Assembly: GCA_965153355.1 (NCBI GenBank)
Contig: OZ231126.1
Coordinates: forward strand, 2,790,001-2,854,000
DNA length: 64,000 nucleotides
Origin: Flaccisagitta enflata
Lineage: Eukaryota
Reading direction: 5' to 3'
Part shown: positions 57,672 through 64,000 of the stretch, piece by piece
Numbering within the stretch: position 1 is the first letter of the stretch
Layout of the letters: each line of letters starts with the position of its first letter
Notes under the pieces: model-generated
What the model saw: the letters and a program-made list of their open reading frames with translations, nothing else
Told to the model about the DNA's origin: nothing
Databases searched by the model: none
Made by a program: the position numbers and the translations under genes

Positions 57672-57931
57672 ATATGAAGCTCCGGCGACTTACCTACCAT
57701 ACAACGTTCTGCCACCGCCAGAAACGAAAAATGGCGGACAAAATCACGCAGCCGTCAAACCTGCCGACATTGGATTTTCCGACTATGGATTTGCCGACAT
57801 CGGATTTGCCGAAGCGGGATTTGCCGGTGCGGAATTTGCCGACGGGGGATTTGCCGACACGGAATTTGCCGACGTTGGGGATACAGTCGCGATTGTGCCA
57901 AAGGGAAAGAAATCCGCCAGGAAAATGAATT
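57672..57931 (+). CDS. TMEM106: TMEM106-family gene, putative coding exon 2 with 15-nt (x-G/E-F-A-D) repeats
   Basis: Acceptor TTTGAACAG|, donor AATT|GTAAGC; phases (2 in, 1 out) bridge exon 1 and exon 3 in frame. Confidence 0.62.
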
Positions 57932-58855
57932 GTAAGCGGTAATCATTAAATTTCAAATGTGTAGATCGTTGATGATTGTGTCATTGATTCATTTTGTCCT
58001 GAATATTGCTGATTCTGGAGCAGCCAGCCCCCTAAAGGGAATGAGCTGTCTCGACCGCAAAAAAAAATATGTGACGGACAGACCTACGGACGGACCGACG
58101 GAGCGAGGCGTAGAGTCGCGTAGCACTTGACTAAAAAGCGGAGCGGGGCGTAGAGTCGCGTAGCACTTGACTAAAAAGAGAAGAACAAACCTTAGTAAAA
58201 TATGTCTAATTCGTGCGCCTCGCGAATTCAGATTGAATAAACGTTTTCAATGAATGAATAAATGAATCAATCAATCAATCAATCAAGGTAGGAAGGAAGG
58301 AAGGAAAATAAAAGTGGAGAGTGAAGAAAGACAAAAAAACGATTGATTCGCAAGGTTTTGGCGCTTCCATGACAAACCGACGGACAGACATGACTTCTAA
58401 TAGATGTGTGAGGGTGCACATATGAGAAAAGAACAGAAAAACAAGGAAAAAGTTTTAAAATATTTTGCCAGTGAAATAGGTACCTTTTTAAGCGATGTCG
58501 GCACCAAGAACCTCATTTGCATAATGCATATCGCGTAGCACGCGACTAAAAAGCGTTACGATTTCGGTGCGCGTGACCCACAATCTGAGGAACGGTTGAG
58601 CTAAAATTGCACAGAACACAGTCGTGCCCTGAGTTAGTCAGTGGAATCCTATTGGGGCTGTGAGCGCCATATAGAGCGATCCATCTCAATGCTGCTTGCC
58701 TGGGTAGATTTGATCATCAAATTGGCCAGAAACTTTTAGAGGGAAATCTAAGCTAATCTGAATGTTTGAAAAAATAGTACCCATGCGCAGTTTTATGTTG
58801 GATATTAATACAAAGCAGAATTGGTATATTCATATCGGCAGCTTTTGCAAAAAAA

Positions 58856-61140
58856 AACAAGGCCGGATACACGGTTACCCTAGTCGCGTGGGCAGGAGTA
58901 GTGTTGGAGAAGGTCACTAGGGCATCTGGGCAGGAGCTGTATGCTCAAAAAGCTCAAAAACGTTGAACTAGTCATCCAAGGATCGCACATGGTCAGCGGT
59001 ACCCGATGCCCTGCTTGGAGTGATCAAGTGAAGTAGTGGACTGAGAGCAGGGCAGCGGCCCCAAAGGGCCGATGTCCTGTAGGACACAGGAGGTAATTTC
59101 CAGATATCCTGAGGGGGAATATATAAGGCCTAAGAGGGATTTGAGGTTTAGGGGGAAGATTTTGGGCCTGAAGATTAGATATGAGATCCGGGGGTAGGCT
59201 TGAGGCATTAGGGGCAGATTGGAGGCCTGGAGGGCTGATTTGAGGCCTGGAATGCTGATTTTAGGGCTGGTGAGCAGATTTGAGGCCTGAAGAGCTGATT
59301 TGAGAGCTGATTTGAGGCCTGGAGAGCTGATTTGAGGTCTGGAGGGCTGATTTGAGGCCTGGAGGGCTGATTTGAGGGCTTAGAGGGCCTAAATGAGGCC
59401 TGAGAGTGAGGATTTTAGGCCTTGATGGCCAACGGGGGGGGACGGAAGGACGGACGGACGGACGGACGGACGGACGGACGTCTGGAAATAACCCCCTGTG
59501 TCCTACAGGACATCGGCCCTTTGGGGCCGCTGCCCAAAAAGCAATAGCCGCAAAAGCGTCAGATGGTCAGCGGTACCCGTTGCCCCTAAGTTAGTAAATG
59601 TAAGATGTGAAGGTGAGAGGGGCAGCGGCCCCGAAGGAGCCGATGACCTATGCTGGGCTAACATTTGAGCATTGGAGGTGGGATTTGAGCCACGAGGCCA
59701 TCAGGCTTGGATTGGAGCCTCTTCGCTGGGGTTTGAGCCTTATGGCTAAGGTCCAAGCCTCGAGGCTGGAATTGAAGCTTTGAGGCTGGGATTGGAGCCT
59801 CAAAGTTGGGATTGGAGCCTTAAAGCTGGGATTGGAGCCTGAAGGTTGGGATTGGAGCCTCAAGGTAGGGATTGGAGCCCCAAGGCTGGGATTGGAGCCT
59901 CAAGGCTGGGATTGGAGCCTCAAGGCCGTAATTTGAGACTTGAGGCTGGAATTGGAGCCTCAAGGCCTGGGTTAGGCCCCTTAAGCTGGGATTGGGGCCT
60001 CACGGTTGGGTTTGGAGCCTCAATGCGGGGGGGGGGTTGGAGGAGGAGGAGGAGGAGGAGAAGAAGGAGAAGGAGGAGGAGAAAATCTCCCATATGTGTG
60101 AGAGCATAGGTAGGTAAAGAAGTATGAGTTACTTCCCGACGTTTCTGAACATGGAATTTTTTCCCATCCATGAAACCTGAAGTCGCGAAAAAAACTAGGG
60201 GGACTGTAAACCATCAGCTTATATCGTTTCCAAGTTATGTTGTAATTCATTATCAGAAATGATGAAAAAATATGGTCAAAGAATTGTACGCTTATTTTCT
60301 AAAACTCGCCCCCACTCTTTTTTCTCAGAGTCAAAGTTTCACTTCACATGTATCATTGCGCGTCATCCATCTTTTAAAAACGTTTAAAATCATAGCAAAA
60401 ACAATTTTTGGAGATAGTCTGATGTTAGAGCACTTCTTAAGTCGGGTCTGTCTCCATGCAACAGCAAGAGAATAGCGATCTGACTCGGAAAAAAGTCATT
60501 CTCAGCTTATTGCAATACACATTCGTAACACAACACAGCAGGGTAAGACACGCAGAGTGACGCAGAAAACGCGTCTTAAAAAACCGCGCTACATTAAGTA
60601 TTCATCCTCATGATGAAATAGATCGAGTAAGAAAAGTGAAATAACCTCAAAAGCTGAAGGTTTTGAGATACAAAAATTGTTTTGACCATAATATAGACGA
60701 AATACTTTTGCTTAAAAAAGAATTTGATTGACTGCGCTGAAGTTGACCTTTCAGTCCCTGGACTTTAACTCTGAGCGAAAGAATGTTTTCATATGAGGTC
60801 AAGTATTTCATATTTGTCTATCTAATTCAATACAAACAAATTAACGCCAACAGAACGTAAAGAGGTTCGCAAGCAAAATCGATTCTGCGTCGATCAAGCC
60901 CAAAAACGTCAAAATCGGTGGCGTGTAGAGCCTGTAACAACGTTCAACACTTCAGGGGGCGAGTTTTTTTAAATGCGATTTCCGTTCAGCGTCGTATTGA
61001 GTGAAATAAATAGTTCACTACCCAGCATAGGTCATCAGCCCCTTTGGGGCCGCTGCCCAAAAAGGGGACCGACCGACCGACCAACCGACCGACCGACGGA
61101 CCGACATAGCGGGGTAGAGAGTCGCGTAGCACGCGACTAA
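58856..61140 (-). mobile_element. Family A HINE split by two family B elements (58967-59520, 59521-61063)
   Basis: Halves 58856-58966 and 61062-61140 rejoin to match the reverse complement of 23842-24073. Confidence 0.78.
60112..61023. mobile_element. Putative Mutator-like non-autonomous insertion
   Basis: 9-bp TSD AGCATAGGT (60103-60111, 61024-61032) interrupting a family B inverted repeat; degenerate TIR (13/21). Confidence 0.65.
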
Positions 61141-61228
61141 GAAAAGAAAAAAAGATTATAAGATTGTTTCAGCCTACATAAAATGTGCACAACATAGTCA
61201 ACACCCTTCATGAGATATATTTTTTCAG

Positions 61229-61468
61229 CTTCCGCTGCGCACGCGCACCGTGGAACAATGGCCGGGAAACTGGACGGGAATTCCGGCAGATCGACGGCTG
61301 CTGCTGTAGTTGCCGCAGCTGCAGCAAGAAGAAGTCGTAATTTGGAAGATGTCGTCAAAACCGAAGATTTGCTGGCAGACGGCAAAAATGTCCTCTGCCC
61401 AATTTGCAATGGAGTCGGAAAAATTCCTAAGGAAGAAGAGAAACATCGAGTGGCACTTATTGCTGCAG
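61229..61468 (+). CDS. TMEM106: TMEM106-family gene, coding exon 3 (CxxCxGxGxIP motif)
   Basis: VLCPICNGVGKIPKEEEKHRVALIAA vs TMEM106B [24 protein letters not shown]; acceptor TTTTTCAG|, donor GCAG|GTTAGT. Confidence 0.9.
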
Positions 61469-62067
61469 GTTAGTGCTTTCCCATTAAAAGGTTCCTATTG
61501 CTGCAGGTTAGTGCTGAAAAATCAAGTAGCAGTTATTGCTGCAGGCTGGTGCTTGAACATTAGATGGGGTTTATTGCTGCAGGTTGTTGCTGAAACATCA
61601 GTGGTCACACTTATTGCTGCAGGTTGGTGCTTAAACATTAAAAGGTGCTTATTGCCGGGGTTTGGTGCATGAACATCTAATGGCGCTTATTGCTGCAGGT
61701 TGGTGCTGAAATGTCAAATAGCACTTTTTGCTGCAGGCTGGTGCTTGAACATTGAATGGCGCTTATAGCTGCAGGTTAGTGCTGAAACATCGAGTGGCAC
61801 TTATTGCTGCAGGTTGGTGCTTGAACATTTAATGGCGCTTATGGCTCCAAGTAGGTGCTGAAACTTCAAGTCGCACTTATTGCTGCAGATTGGTGCTTGA
61901 ACATTGGAGGGCGCTTATTCCTGCAGGTAGTTGCTGAAACATCGAGTGGCACTTTTTGCTGCGGATTGCTGCTTGGACATTAAATGGCGCTGATTGCTGC
62001 AGGTAGGTGCTGAAACTTCGTGTCGCACTTATTTCTGCAGGTTGGTGCTTGAACATTAGATGGCGCC
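61440..62067 (+). repeat. ~38-bp tandem array (~16 copies, alternating subtypes) spanning exon 3 end and 5' splice site
   Basis: Unit GAAACATCGAGTGGCACTTATTGCTGCAG|GTTRGTGCT; first copy is the exon end. Confidence 0.93.
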
Positions 62068-62346
62068 TTTGATTTTCTTCCCTACGACGTGTCGCGTTGT
62101 ATTACAAAATCTATGATTTTCTTCCCTATAAAGCAAAAGAACAGTATCATGTAGGTTTAAATATTGTTAAATTGAGTTGTAGTAATAATATTATACTTCT
62201 TGGTACTACCAAAAGTGCTAAATCTTCAAAAAAAATTTTTTTCTTTTTTTCAAGCTTTTGATTTTTTCCCCATCTCCAAACCCTTTGATTTTATTCTCCC
62301 CCTCCCCCCACCGGGGGGAAGAAATACTCAACTTTATACACGCCTG
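62068..62346. mobile_element. One-ended copy of the hAT MITE at 24896-25220
   Basis: Colinear with 24920-25220; ends CTCAACTTTATACACGCCTG. Confidence 0.8.
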
Positions 62347-62379
62347 CAGTGAAACATCAATACTCTTTTATTCATTCAG

Positions 62380-62565
62380 ACGACGATCGTCTAAAGCCCT
62401 CCAAGACGCTTTACTACGTTGTTGCCTCGGTATTGCTGACTCTGGCTCTGGCGTTTTTGTTGATGTTCTTCCTTTATCCAAGATCCTTCAGAATTTCACA
62501 GCAAATTGGAAAAGATTATTGCGGACCTCATCTTTATCCTTACTCACTCTCGATTGATACTAAAG
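62380..62565 (+). CDS. TMEM106: TMEM106-family gene, coding exon 4 (transmembrane helix, start of lumenal domain); gene continues downstream
   Basis: DDDRLKPSKTLYYVVASVLLTLALAFLLMFFLYPRSF vs TMEM106B [37 protein letters not shown]; acceptor TTCATTCAG|, donor AAAG|GTAAAA. Confidence 0.92.
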
Positions 62566-63335
62566 GTAAAATAGTTCTAAGCCTCATGTATGCATTTAAA
62601 ATTGGCAAAGATTATTGTAGACCTCATCTTTATCCGTACTCACTCTCGATTGATACAAAAGGTAAAATAGTCCTAGGCCTCATATATGGAAAAGATTATT
62701 GCGGACCTCATCTTTATCCTTACTCTCGATTGATACTAAAGGTAAAATAGTTCTAAGCCTCATGTATGCATTCAAAATTGGCAAAGACTATTGCGGACCT
62801 CATCTATATCCTTACTCACTCTCAATTGATACACAAGGTGAAATAGTCCTAAGCCTCATGTATGCATTTACAATTGGCAAATACTATTGCGGACCTCATC
62901 TTTATCCTTACTCTTGATTGATACTAAAGGTAAAAGAGTTCTAAGCCTCATGTACTGTGTATGCATTTCAAATGGGCAAAGATTATTGTGGACCTCGTCT
63001 TTATCCTAACTCTCGATTGATACTAAAGGTAAAATAGTTCTAAGCCTCATGTATGCATTTAAAATTGGCAAAGACTATTGCGGACCTCATCTATATCCTT
63101 ACTCTCAATTGATACGAAAGGTGAAATAGTTCTAGGCCTCATGTATGCATTTCAAATTGGAAATGATTATTGTGGAACTCATCTTTATCCGTACTCACTC
63201 TCGATTGATACAATAGGTGAAATAGCTCTAAGCCTCATGTATGCATTTAAAATTGGCAAAGACTATTGCGGACCTCATCTATATCCTTACTCACTCTCAA
63301 TTGATACGAAAGGTGAAATAGTTCTAGGCCTCATT
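62503..63335 (+). repeat. ~96-bp tandem array (9 copies) spanning exon 4 end and 5' splice site
   Basis: Each unit encodes IGKDYCGPHLYPYSLSIDTK + AG|GT(A/G)AAA + ~30 nt intron. Confidence 0.93.
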
Positions 63336-63900
63336 ATTAGTTTACCTTTCTGCATCTGCTTCCGGTACCTAATTGCAGATCTAGCTACTGAAACTGAAAA
63401 ACGTTTTTAGCATCCTAATGAGTTTTGAGAAAGAGTTTTTTTCAAAAATTGTAAAGAATAAAATATCTTATTAAAATTCATATTCCGAATTGAATAAAAT
63501 CAAAAATCTTCACAACAGGGTGAATGAAAAAATGAAAATAAGTGTAAGATAAGAAAAGGGAAAAAAATAGATGATAGTTAGCATGTGTAAAGAAGAGCGC
63601 CGCTGGGGAAGCCTAAAAAGGGTATTACCCTACATCTTTCGATGATTTTGAGAAAGGTTGATCTTTTGAATTTTGTTTTCTAAAGCTTAAGCGGAAAGTC
63701 AAAAACAATTTCTAATGAAGGGAACCACAAGACAACAACACCCTTCCTTGATTTTTCATCAGTTTTCAATGGTTAACCATGTAGTTTCCTAATTTAGCAT
63801 AAGAGACTGTTATGATGGTAAAATAAAAAAAAAACAAAAAAATAACGGCGGCATATAAATTCCAGTACGAGTGGGTATAAAGAAAATTTTCAAATGAGAG

Positions 63901-63979
<79 letters not shown>

Positions 63980-64000
63980 ATGTGAAAGAGAGATAAAAAA

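Overview
Eukaryotic (metazoan, probably invertebrate) AT-rich genomic DNA, dominated by microsatellites, minisatellites and nested non-autonomous transposons. There is no sign of prokaryotic genes, CRISPR arrays, rRNA or tRNA. Supported coding content: (i) the 5' half of an apparently intact APE-type LINE on the minus strand. Its ORF1 has poly-Q and an SGNH-esterase-like domain, and is separated from the endonuclease ORF2 by a single in-frame TAG. An 18-bp tandem array sits at its 5' end. (ii) An intronless CHTOP/Fop-like ORF. (iii) A dead 5'-truncated APE-RT LINE nested, together with a ~2-kb foldback element, inside a hAT-type element with an 8-bp TSD. (iv) A decayed Penelope-like RT. (v) The first four coding exons of a TMEM106-family gene (+ strand, continuing past the window), with a much-extended N-terminus. 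The most striking pattern is that minisatellites begin exactly at exon ends and amplify the exon end plus the 5' splice site. This is clear for two consecutive TMEM106 introns and suggested for up to three other arrays, two of which vary between GT and GC or GA at the donor. Many Helentron/HINE-like elements carry internal tandem repeats, and there are numerous hAT-, Tc1/mariner- and MULE-type MITEs. All family assignments come from reading motifs by eye; no database search was run.
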